A stretch of 64,000 nt of DNA from Podarcis erhardii (taxonomy: Eukaryota). Shown in pieces: positions 11,701 through 37,500 of this stretch (within the stretch, counting starts at the first letter, position 1; every line of letters begins with the position of its first letter). The translations under genes were made by a program, and so were the position numbers. Location: NCBI GenBank assembly GCA_964252035.1, contig OZ176201.1; one strand, 5' to 3'. The notes beneath the pieces were generated by a model. It ran no database searches and had not been told where the DNA came from. It saw only the letters and a list, made by a program, of their open reading frames with translations.

Positions 11701-12513
11701 TATATTCCAACGAGGACACATTACTCCAGTTGAGACGTGACTTGGTTTGCGCACACTTCCATCAGTTTAATTCCGCCATCCTATGCAAGCTTACAGGGAC
11801 ACGGGTGGCGCTGTGGGTTAAACTTGCTGATCAGAAGATTGGCAGTTCAAATCCCCATGACGGGCCGAGCTCCTGTTCCTCGGTCCCTGCTCCTGCCAAC
11901 CTAGCAGTTCGAAAGCATGTCAAAGTGCAAGTAGATAAATAGGTACCGCTCCGTCGGGAAGGTAAACGGCGTTTCTGTAAGCTGCTCTGGTTCTCCAGAA
12001 GCGGCTTAGTCCTGTTAGTCACATGACCCGGAAGCTGTACGCCGGCTCCCTCGGTCAATAAAAAGAGACGAGCGCCACAACCCCAGAGTCAGCCACGACT
12101 GGACCTAATGGTCAGGGGTCCCTTTACCTTTTCATGCACGTTTACACAGGGTGGGGCTTCCTTCTTGGCACGTCTGCAACCTCAACCCCCATTACCTGGG
12201 CACAATTCCTACTGGGTGCAGAGCTCCTGAATAGCCATGGCGAGGATTAGTACAGTGGTACCTTGGGTTAAGTACTTAATTCGTTCCGGAGGTCCGTTTT
12301 TAACCTGAAATTGTTCTTAACCTGAGGTACCACTTTAGCTAATGGGGCCTGCTGCTGCCGCCGCCGGAGCACAATTTCTGTTCTCACCCTGAAGCAAAGT
12401 TCTTAACCCGAGGTACTACTTCTGGGTTAGCGGAGTCTGTAACCTGCAGCGTATGTAACCCGATGTACCACTGTACTCTCAAACCTCATGGAGGCTTGCT
12501 TCTGGCTAGGCAT
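8787..12513 (-). CDS. Putative small uncharacterised spliced gene (111 aa if the MITE is excised), head-to-head with BAP1; possibly a recently disrupted allele or pseudogene
   Basis: Exons on -: non-coding exon 1 with donor GTAAGA after 12929; exon 2 12566-12196 (acceptor ttctccctag, ATG at 12513, donor GTAATG, MITE at 12253-12473); exon 3 11000-10927 (ccag/GTAAGC); exon 4 9111-9065 (ttgcag/GTAAAT); exon 5 8906-8787 (TAA). Exons 3 and 4 each have only one open frame and the phases chain 2-1-0. Product: MPSQKQASMRFESTNPRHGYSGALHPVGIVPRKITKKIFELEGTKMMKKYGKKLSINFCENFLMPQAHVPTQQAESPLELTAARAVLNQVFSKMQLLKKIPEELFGLPEKP. No family recognised. Confidence 0.5.
9541..9715 (+). mobile_element. Old MIR/CORE-like SINE fragment
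   Basis: CATAGCCTAGTGGCTAGAGCA (A box), CCAGGTTCAAAACCC (B box), GGGGCAGTCACCATCCCTCAGCCTAA (CORE-like). Confidence 0.65.
10561..10787. mobile_element. Tc1/mariner-type MITE, TA TSD (opposite orientation to the 3431 copy)
   Basis: TA|CAGTGGTACCTCGGGTTA ... TAACCTGAGGTACCACTG|TA. Confidence 0.9.
11350..11760 (-). mobile_element. Degraded CR1 LINE ORF2 fragment
   Basis: Phrases typical of antisense CR1 (CCACCACTTCTCTAGGTAATTGGTTCAACTGTCAAACTGCTCTT; TTCAACCTTTCCTCATAGG). Recognised by eye only. Confidence 0.55.
11796..12132 (+). mobile_element. Full-length Sauria SINE
   Basis: GGGACACGGGTGGCGCTGTGGGTTAAA head, CTCCTGCCAACCTAGCAGTTCGAAAGCA core, GGGGTCCCTTTACCTTT tail. Degenerate TSD ATGCAAGCTTACA / ATGCACGTTTACA. 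Confidence 0.92.
12253..12473. mobile_element. Tc1/mariner-type MITE, TA TSD, inserted in the putative orphan coding exon
   Basis: TA(12251-52)|CAGTGGTACCTTGGGTTA ... TAACCCGATGTACCACTG|TA(12474-75). Confidence 0.92.
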
Positions 12514-13168
12514 GCAGAGGACTTCCGCCGCAAGCTGAACTGATTCCCCGCTTAAGGTTGCGACTGCTAGGGAGAAATGCAGGCACAGAAATATGCAAAG
12601 TAGTGGCGGGCTGCTTCCCAGAGTCGTATCCTCACCGCTTCAGGACAGCTTAAAGTTTATTTGTTTTTTATCTATTGCTAGATTTGTATCTCACCCTTCG
12701 CCCGAAGATCACAGCACAGAACAACTTCACAAATACAAATATAGAAATACAAAACGAGAACACAAAATATATAATAAAACAAAATCAAACCAGTAGCAAC
12801 GGTCCCCCCCCCGCCCCCACTCAATTATTTAGCTAATCGAATTCGCCAGCACATCTGCAGGCTCAAAGCTCTTGAAACTCCGCCCAAACCGGAAACCTCC
12901 AACCCTTTCCGCCCGGGACTTTTCTTACTGCGTCGCGACTTATCTTTCGCCGCGCTCCATTTCCCTCTTCCTACGTCGGGGCGGACGCTGTGCGTCTCGA
13001 GTCGCGCCGAGATGACGTGTTCAAGAGGCGGCGCCGTGAGCGTGGGGGGTCCTGTTGTTGTAGGTGGCGGCGGAGTGAAATTGGAGCCTCTCAAACGGCG
13101 GGCGGTGGCGGGTGGCCGAAGCTGGAGGTGGGCGGGCAGGTGGGTCTGTGAAGGGCCTGGGGCCGGTC

Positions 13169-13197
13169 ATGGCGCTGGGGCCTGACCCAGGGGGAAG

Positions 13198-13201
<4 letters not shown>
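13169..13201 (+). promoter_or_regulatory. uORF (MALGPDPGGR*) whose TGA overlaps the BAP1 ATG
   Basis: gtcATGG (strong Kozak) at 13169. Ten codons, then TGA at 13199-13201 within A-TG-A of the main start (13198-13200). Confidence 0.8.
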
Positions 13202-28009
<14,808 letters not shown>

Positions 28010-29785
28010 CACCGGCCTTTGGACAGTATGTTGTGTTCACTGCTTGTCACTTTGGTCATCTGGTGCACATTTCAGGCTCTACCAGCTGGGCAGTGCCCAG
28101 GAGACGGGCTTTGCACTGAACATCTCTGTTCAAATAATCAGTGTTAGTGTAAGGTTACATGCAAATCCACCTGCATTCAAATGGGCTGTAGATGTTCCTC
28201 TTAATGGTGGTGACTATGTGGGCATTCCAGTGTAACTTTTCTCCAAACCCTAAGGACCAGGACCACTTGAGGGTCCTACTTAACACAGCACTTGAATTTG
28301 CTACTCAGTGTCCTAAATCCGTCTGCAGTATATCTTGCAGTAGCCAATGGCATCCTTCAGAAGCTCTGTAGGGAGATTATTGGAAAAGGAGAAACCAAAT
28401 TCCTGCCACCTTCTAGAAGGGCATTGCAGCAGGAGTTGGTGTGGTGTTGGGTTCAGTTTTCCCAGCAAAAAAGGAATTGGCTATGTACTGTTTCTGGCCA
28501 GTGCCGATGGCTCTGTGTTCTCCTGGGAGGCTATTATCTATTTTCTGTATTAAAATGTATATATATATTTTCTGAGCCATATTATCATTGTAGTCGACTA
28601 CAGGTGGCCATCTATCCTTTTCCAGGAATCTATTATGTGCATTGGAAGGGATGCTGTCCACTTGAAGGTCAGGCTTCTTTGTTCCTCCTTTGCAGAAGGT
28701 CTTTCAGTTCAGTATCAGTCCTGTTAATGTTTCTCTGGGTGGTTTCTTCAGTTGTTGCAGGAACAGGGAGAGGAATTTCTGAAACGGGCGGTGGGTGCCC
28801 AAAGTAAGGACACAGTGTGACTCACAATTTATAGGGGTGTATACCTTGAAGTGTGTGCTGCTTTCTGTTATATTTTTCTGTTTGTTAGCCATGCACAGAA
28901 AAGGATCAGAATGATCAAGCATACGAGATTATTTCCCCCTTCCTGATCTTGGGGGTTGATAAACTGTAGCCTCAGGTCCCCCTTGAAAGTCCCTTGGCTT
29001 TTGCTCAGATTATGCTGCATAAAACCACCCTTTATGAAGTTAAAGCAATGCTGAGACAAACAGTTGAAATGGGTGGATTAGTGTCATGATATGCTAGAAG
29101 TAACATAGGTATTTGTTCTGTTTTCTCTCTGGAACTGTTAGACCACCCCAAAAAATCAGGTGGGTAGGAATCATGACAGTGGTCTCTCTGTGTGATTCCC
29201 CAATGCATGTGGCAGGTGGAATAAAGGAAGAAGCCCCAGAAAAGCAGCTCCTTCACTGCTGCCAGTGAATGTGAAGTGACCCTTTTTATGGGTTGTTAAC
29301 ACTTCTGAGGCACAGACAGGAAGCAGACTGTTGATGAAAGGGCTACCATTGGATAATTGGTTTTCCTTGTATGCTTTTATAGTGAAAAGTGAGACAGGGC
29401 AAGAAGTAGTAGTTTTCTCAGCAGTGGTGGCAGTGATCAGTGAGGGAGGAGTTATGCCTTTAGCATGGGTGATGGCCAAGGCAGAGACAGCTGGATCATC
29501 AGTGTGCAGATGTACCTGGGATTGTGGACACTGCTCAGCAGCCCTACACCTGCATACTCAGTCACCCTCTGCTGCTGCTACTTGCCAGCAAGGGTGTACA
29601 ATCCCCCCCCCCCAGTTCTACCTCATTGCCAGTCTTTTGCTGCAGCAGCAGGCTTAATGGTAAAAGATTGGCAAGCTGAATAATCAGCACGGCAGCTCTA
29701 CTGCCACCACAGCCGGCTTGAGACCTTCTTGTCTATTTCTCCTTATGTACATTGGTTTACTCTTGTGTCCTGTGAAAATTGAGTA

Positions 29786-30016
29786 CAAACCTCAGTTCCT
29801 GAATGGCTCCATTTTTGAATGATTCGGCTCCCGAACGCCAAAACCCCGGAAGTAAATGCTCTGGTTTTTGAACATTTTTCGGAAGCCGAATGCGGCTTCT
29901 GCTTGAGTGCAGGAAGCTCCTGCAATCAATCGGAAGCCGTGCCTTGGTTGTTGAAACATTTCAGAAGCCGAAGAGGCTTCTGGGACGGATTACTTTTGAC
30001 AAACGAGGCTTGACTG
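29786..30016. mobile_element. Diverged Tc1/mariner-type MITE in the probable BAP1 3' UTR
   Basis: TA-flanked. Right end AAACGAGGCTTGACTG|TA. Internal TCGGCTCCCGAACG..CCGGAAGT and GGAAGCCG repeats are typical of a lizard mariner MITE. Left TIR is partly lost. Confidence 0.65.
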
Positions 30017-30416
30017 TACATGGTAAATGCAGCAGCGTTCGTATTGAGGAGAGAGACCAGGACCCACCTGCAAGTTTGCTGTAGGCTATGCTTGCTGGTA
30101 GTCATAGGCTATCATAGGATTTCTGGAAGAATTTCTCTTTTGCTGAAACTCATTCCATGAACATGTATAGTTGAGTCTTCTTTTGTAATACCAGAAATGA
30201 TTAGTGGAAAGCAAAAGACCACCACAAGCTGAGGAGTGAAAGGACATCCAGTGATTCCTGAGATGGTAGTGCAGCTGAGAACAGAACTGCATTTGCTTTC
30301 TCTGAAAATATGTACAGATGCTGACTGTAGAATTATTATTTTTTATATGTTGACAGAATCAACTGTCTTTTGTTTTGTCAGTTTCAAGTGCTGTAAATAC
30401 CAGTTCTGGGTCAGAA

Positions 30417-30422
30417 AATAAA
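30417..30422 (+). terminator. Candidate distal BAP1 polyadenylation signal AATAAA
   Basis: Last + strand AATAAA before the DNAH1 3' end. Other candidates: ATTAAA 28549, AATAAA 29220, ATTAAA 30629. Confidence 0.5.
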
Positions 30423-30611
30423 ATGTATACCCATCTGAAGATTTCTCTGGTCAGACCTTAAAACTTAAATTTTGTCTCTATACTTGCAAAAACAGAAATG
30501 CTTTTGTCACTATACATCTTAGCAACTACACCCTTGTGTCCTCTTTGTCTACAGGATGAGGGAAATCCCAGTTAGGAGTGCCACACTTGTCTGCGAAACC
30601 AAAGTTGATAT

Positions 30612-30617
30612 TTTATT
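30612..30617 (-). terminator. Candidate DNAH1 polyadenylation signal AATAAA (- strand)
   Basis: TTTATT on + about 170 nt downstream of the DNAH1 stop codon. Confidence 0.65.
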
Positions 30618-30784
30618 AATGTTACAGGATTAAATTAATGAAATGATAGCATTATCACAATCTTATGATTAGCTGTGTTTCAGCAGAGGCGGCTTCATCA
30701 AACAAGTCTAGTTGCATAGAGCACCTGCATAACTTCATTCTCTTCTAAGCTTCAAGAAGCTGCTCAGGTCTATTCCTTCAGTGT

Positions 30785-33700
30785 TTAGAAATCTAAGGCA
30801 CAGATCAAGGCAACACCCCGTTTAATCCAGTGCCTCTGAGGCTTACTGCTTGGAATCTCTACAGCAATCACATAGTTAGTAGAATGGCCCGTTGTGGACA
30901 GTGTCCCTAGCAAAGAAAATGAACAGTGTTAGACTAGTATACTGAAGAAGATAATATCTTTGTATCACTTACAGGCTGATGATCCTACGGCTGAAATGAC
31001 ATTTGCTACAGGAGTTTTTTTGTCTTTCAAACTGGCATGATTTCTGCAAAAGAAATCTCTGGAGACGGAAAAGTAGCTGAAAAAATTATCATGGCTGGAG
31101 GGCAGAGCACTTTCTTCCTTGTTTGTTCTGCTTCCTCTTCCCTAGCAAAGGTTTATGCAAACACCATGTAACAAGGGACTGTTTGCAATGCCCAGATTGT
31201 TTGAGAGATGGGGGAAGCTTTTTATCTTGCTAAAAGTAGTCAAAGATGCAAAGGGACATATCTAAAATTCTAACCTGATTTTCAGCATTAGAAAGCACCT
31301 GTCTCCCCTACTGATAGATTACTGTAGCCTTTCTTAATATGTTGTTGAACTACAACTCCCATCATCCCTGACCACTACTAAGCTAGGAATCATGGGAGTT
31401 GTAGTCCTACACCATCTGTGGACCTAAAGTTGAGAAAGGCTAGATTCATGAGAAGAATTTCTAATACTGTTCCTTTCCAAGTTTTGGCATCCTTCACCCA
31501 ACCTTTCCCTGAAAGGCTTACCTGCACGAGTTAATGTCTTGTAGATGGGACACAGATAGATGCCTTTGGTTGGAGGCTTGCGGTTAGGCACAGGAACTAG
31601 CCACAGGACTGCCATTTCTGTGTACAGCTCCTTTGGCCGTGACTCTGCAAGCTGAAAGAACATGGGGTCCCAGCGAGCCCCTTCCAGAAACAAGCCATGG
31701 ATGTAACATCCTTCTGTAGGACGCTGAGTTAGTGCCTGCACAGGCTGACTCATCACCTAAATTGAGAGGGTGGGAAAGCAAGTTTTCATCAATCAATCAA
31801 TCAATCAATCAATCAGGTAAAAGAAATGTGCCAGTTTGAAACAACAGAAAAAGAAGCCTGCCTGTGGGATTATATCAAAGGAGTTTGTCTGTATCTGAGC
31901 AGAATGATTGTGTCTAGTTGGGGATACCTGTAGCACCATTTACATAACAAACTACCGAATTTTAAAAAGTAGGGGTGCTCTGTGGTAATTGGGAACCACT
32001 ACTGTAGTGGTTTAAATGTAATGGGGGACTAGGAACCACAGGTACCTTTCACTTGCAAAGCTGACACTTGGGTTTTCAGTAGGTAAAAGGGTAAAAAAAC
32101 ATCACTTGCTGAGCTTTTGATACATGATCCACTGACCTTGAAGTCAAAAGAGATGGTGTCTATGGATATGATAGACTTTCTGGCAAAGTTCTGCAGTGTC
32201 CCTGTTAGAAAAGCCTGTGGGAAGAAGAAGCCGCTTATCCAGAACACAGGTGGGATCCCTTTTTCAATCCACCTCTGCAAGAAGTCAATGCGCAGCAGCA
32301 GGTCGTTCACCCAGGAGGCCAAGGGCTTCAAGGAGGGATAGGCCTGTGGGAAGAATGGCGTTGGAAGAAAGAGCTGTTAAGCATCTGTAAGTCCCAGTCC
32401 TTTGAATTGCTATGAGGCAAACATTTTAAATGCAAATTAAAATTAACTCTACTTGGTCAGCCAGTAATCTATGGTGCTAAATTTCTACATGTAAGCAAGA
32501 AAAAGTGTTTTTTAAGGTTTGGCTTCATCTGTACATCTGTGAAGTTTCAGTCTGGCTTAGCGTTCCTTATGAAAAAACTGACCAGTCATAGCAGCTAAGT
32601 AGTGTAGAGGTGTTTCTCCCATTTTGCAAAACAACCTGCTGCACTGCTGCAACTACTAAAAACTGTGCATAGCACTCAGAAGTACCTTACTATTCCACAT
32701 CTCTGGGACAATATTGTTGTATAAACTGATGGACATCAGTTCCAGCTGGGATGACATCACCACTAGGCCTTTGAGAGCTTTCAGCAGATCTTTCAAACTT
32801 GCTGCAATGACTGCCAGCAGACGATTGTATCTGTGCAAAATCAAGGCAGGTATTCTTGTTAAAAAAAAGAGGAGCAAACTAATCCAATGCTGTGATTTTA
32901 ATAACTTCTGTGAGCATATATGGCTGCACTATTGTGTAAACTTGGGGATATCATGTTTAATTTATTTTGCTGATTTTCAACAAAATTCTCAACATTATAT
33001 CATATGCAGCTCTGTAAAGGCTGTTTAAATTCATTTTCAGCGTAACTAGATATTAATATGTCTGAAATATGAATTCTGGGATGGGGAGGGGGTATTTGTT
33101 TCTTTCCACATTTCAATGTCAGAAAAGCTATAAATAGTTCAGTTTTCATAACCTTAAGCTGAAACACAAATTTATGTGCTGTGAGGGTAATGTAAATGAA
33201 GTTTGTCCTCAAATGCCCAAACAGGTGGAGAAAGGCAGCTCCTGCCTCATTTACCTGCCTGCAGATCTATTGTATCTACTTGCCCTCCCTAGCAGTTGCT
33301 CCTCTACTAGTTTCAGTTTACTAACTGTAAACTCTGAGAGGCACCTGCAGAGGAGTCCTGCAAAAAGCTGGGTTAAAGTAAGACTTGTACCTGATCACTT
33401 CCTGCGCCAAAACAGTGTTCATGGACTCCTCATACAGTACAGGATATCTCAACATTACTCTCTGCAAGTCAATGGGCTGAGGCACTTTCTCCAATATATC
33501 TTTTGAGGTCTCCTCCACAATCTAGAAAATGGATGGAAAAGACGTGGAAGCAACAGTTTGTGGGTGGAGAACTTCAGAGTAGCTTATTTAAACTGGGTGA
33601 GAGAAGACTCGTGTCTAAGATGAAAATTAAATTGTTTCTACTCTGTAATTTGTTTCTGCTCTCACATTACATATGCAGTTTATACTGCAGTCAGGCTGTA

Positions 33701-34533
33701 AGGTCACCTAACCTTTAAGGTGGGTGCCTTTGCACCCTTGAGATGTCTACTGTAAGACAGGTAGAGATCTTCACATAGCAAAGTAGTTCTGTAATGAGGA
33801 CAATGCTATTCATTTTTTAAAAAAATATTCTGACCCTTCACAATTCAATTTCTGCACAAAAAAGTGCTGAATTCTGTGATCTGTAGAAATTATACACATT
33901 AAGTGCTGCTGAATATTATTTATTTTGCATAACATTCTGCATGATTTTTAGTCATGGCCAAGAGCTGTCATTGCCTCCTAGAACTCTTATTCTGCTTCCT
34001 TTCTGAGATTTCAGGAGACATTGCTCAAACACTTTTCAGGTTCTCTTCTCAGCCATAAGGACAAGAAATGTTTTTGTTTTAAAATGAAAGGGAAGATTCT
34101 CAGGAAGCTGAACTGTGCCCATTGTGGCATTCTGAGCCATTTCTGTTCTGCCTCTTGGTATACAGGCAGCTCTTTCTATTAAAGAGTATTTCTGGGTGGG
34201 AGTATGCACTAAGTTCATATTCCATTGGGGTGGCAGGTTTACAGACCTCTTCCCTGCTCCGCCCTCCTGCTGTTGATGTCTTTGGCTGAAGTTGAATAAT
34301 GGCCCCAAGTAGTGCAAAAGTCTCATTCTGAGCAAAGGTGATGTTAGCATTGTCATGCAATCCGAAAATCTCAGGCATGTCATTGAGGGGAAGGCTCTTG
34401 ATGTACTGGATGTATCCCTATGGGGGAAAATCAACATGCAGAACAATGAGGAGGAATTTCTTTAAGAAAGACCAAAAGTAAACTACTGAAAGAAAGGGAG
34501 AAACTGTTTCAACAGTTATAAAAGAACACATTC

Positions 34534-34571
<38 letters not shown>

Positions 34572-37500
34572 TTTATGTATATCCCACCCTCCCCAGCCGA
34601 AGCCGGGCCCAGGGCGGCTAACAACACTAAAATGGTGCAATAGTGCAAATTATTAGGTGTTTACCTGGTTAACCTGTCACTCAGGGTTTCAACCAAAATT
34701 TGTATTTTGGAAGAACTGTTACAACCCTTGCGACAGCATCGTGCATTTTGTTTCAGGAACAGACTCATCTGTGAGAAATCTTCCCAAATCTGATACAGAC
34801 TCTTAGAAAAGTGGTTCACTTTTGAATCAATCAGGCACATACAGAACACCACACTCAGACTAGTATAGGTTTAATTCTTTCTATAGTGCAGTGTGTTTGC
34901 CTACTAGTTTATGCAACTTACATTAAGGTCATAAGTGGTACTAATCTGTTTGTAGACACCAGATTCTGAGTAAGAAAACTCTGGATTGAGAACATCTGGG
35001 TTGTAGAAATCTTCCAAAATATTCATGATGCAGCGCCTGTCCCAGTCATCCGTCACCCGGCCTCCATAGTTAATCTCACCTGCTGTGTACTTCAAAACCT
35101 ACAAAAGGACAAGCACATAGAAATGGCAAAGGAGGTTGTGGCTTGGGTATAAGAGGAGAACAATTTGGGGCACTTTGCCAGCCCTCTTTTTCCATGTCAG
35201 AAGCCACCTTGAAGAACTGAAACACTCTCCAGGGAAAGAGCACCCATGCAAGAGATCACGAGTGCAACTGCCTTCTGTCATGCACAGGGATCCAAGTCTC
35301 CACCATCTACTTACACACGTCAATAACTTTTTTCTCTGGCTGGTTCAGCTACAGCATTAAAACAAGCACAAGATTGGATTGGCTTGCCTCAACTACTCCA
35401 AACACATGGTGTCTGATGTTTTAATTTGTTGGAAGCTGCCCAGAGTGGCTGGGGCAACCCAGTCAGATGGGTAACATATAAATAAGACATCATCGTTGTT
35501 GTTAATATTAGGGAAATAAGGGTACACCATGCTGAATGCAAGAAATGGATTTACAGTTAACAAGCGTGGTAGCAATGGATAAGAGGGTGCGGAAGGTTTG
35601 ACAGTGGCTGGGAAGGCATGGCTAGATAGGCATGGTTTAATATTATTATTATTGTTGTTGTTGTTGTTGACAAACACTGACTAGTGATGAAGGCTGTGCA
35701 AAGGCAGATTATTTGGACCAGTCCAAATGAACCCAGTTTAAATATTTTGAGTAATTTAAACTGTACACAATATTCAGGCCCACTGCTTGGAGGCAGATAA
35801 TCCTGTCGCATCAGAGCATGTGGCAAGAGAGGCCTTAAGTATATTATGCTGCAGCTGCTGTGTTGCAGCAAGTTATTCTACTGCTTCTCCAGAGAACTGA
35901 GGAGAAATGGTGAATATGTTCCGCCAAACGTGGAACTTCAGGCTATTTAGCAGTATTTCCAATAAGGCTAGAAGCACTATCTGACCCACTCCCCAAGTAT
36001 TAGGTCACCTACATAATCCGTCTTCCTGGGAGGATTTTATTTCTTCACACACATTTTCTCACACCCCAGATTTCACCCTTGGCATGCACCACTCTCCTCC
36101 TACCTTGTAAGGGATGTTTTCATATTCATCCAGAAACATCTTTAGCTGGCTGATGCAGATGCGCAGATCTCCGTCTGTGAACTCATAAGGAATGTTGAAC
36201 CCCAGTGGCCCAAACTTCCTCCTTTCCAGTGCATTCCCATGGAAGAGGCAAAGCGAGAGGAGCAAGGATTTGAACTCCGTAAGCTGCAAGATGCAGAAAT
36301 AATGAGGACATGCATTGAGAAAAGGGTCCTAAGTGTCACAGGATAAGATGCTGCTACAACATTTCCATTAACAGTTGCTTCTAATGAGCAAGAAAGGCAC
36401 CCCCCCCACACAATTTGGCTGTACACCACTGTAACGTGGTACCCTTTGTGCAAAGAGGCACAGTAGCAGTGGAGAGGAACAGGGACTGATTCAGAAGCTT
36501 ATGGTAACCAATCCCTTGGCGGGAGAAAGGTAGGAATGAGGAAGTGCTGTCTGAGAACTTGGAAAATGGGACCTCTTACCTTGGTACAGGAGTTCAGAAA
36601 GTCATTGTTCAAGCTTAAGTAAGATTTCAGCAGATTAGCCTTTACTCCCCGTGGTGGCTCAATAGTCATCTTAGATCCGTTCTGGAGGATGGACACTGGA
36701 AACTTGTTACTAGGCAAACTGGTGAGCCAAAGTCTGAAGTCCCGGTGCACCTAGGCAATTAAAATATCAGCCATGTATAATCTGAAAGAGTTCCATTCTA
36801 CTTTTTAGAAACAACTTTTCTACGGAAGAGTCTTTTCTCACTCCCATTAGAGTGTTCCTCCATCACAAAGAGACCAGCAAATATATTTTTCATAGGAGGG
36901 AACAGTCAATGTTTCTCCTAAGATATCCAGCTTACTCCTGTGAGCTTTCAAAGACATCCTGCAATAAGAATGTGTAAGGAGAACATTGAGAGAAAGTGAC
37001 ACTTGCTGCGAGTTCCTTTACAGAAGCAAAAAAATGCTCACTGGAGATTCTATTTCATCTTATTAACTTGCTCCCATATGGAGCCTCAAGATTCTGCAAC
37101 TAATCCCTACCTCCTCCACCTTTTTTGCCCAGTTTCTTGTTGGCATTATAAGCATGCTCTGCAAAGAAAGTAGAAAACTCTAGAAAGATTGTGCCTAACT
37201 ACTGCTGTCCCATCACTTTAACAATTTTTCTACAGCTACCTATAAACATTTACATAAGGATCCATGGAGAAACTTTACGGCTTCTGCTGAAAATGCACAG
37301 GGAAGCAAAAGCTGAAGTCCATCTGTGTGTCACCTTGTCAGGGTTGATGCCTTCAATGAGTCGTTCCAAAGAAGGCATCCAGCTTGGAGCCAGGTGGCAA
37401 TTCTGGAAGAAGACCCACTTCCCACGCTCCATAGCACTGCGCATCATGGCTTCTGCACGGGGACCCTAAGAAGCAACACAGAATGACACAGTTAGCCACA

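Noticed and set aside
12567-12636. Alternative - strand donor GTGAG at 12635
   Set aside because: It would give a 69-nt intron, which is unusually short for a vertebrate, and the upstream sequence is an L2-like tail.
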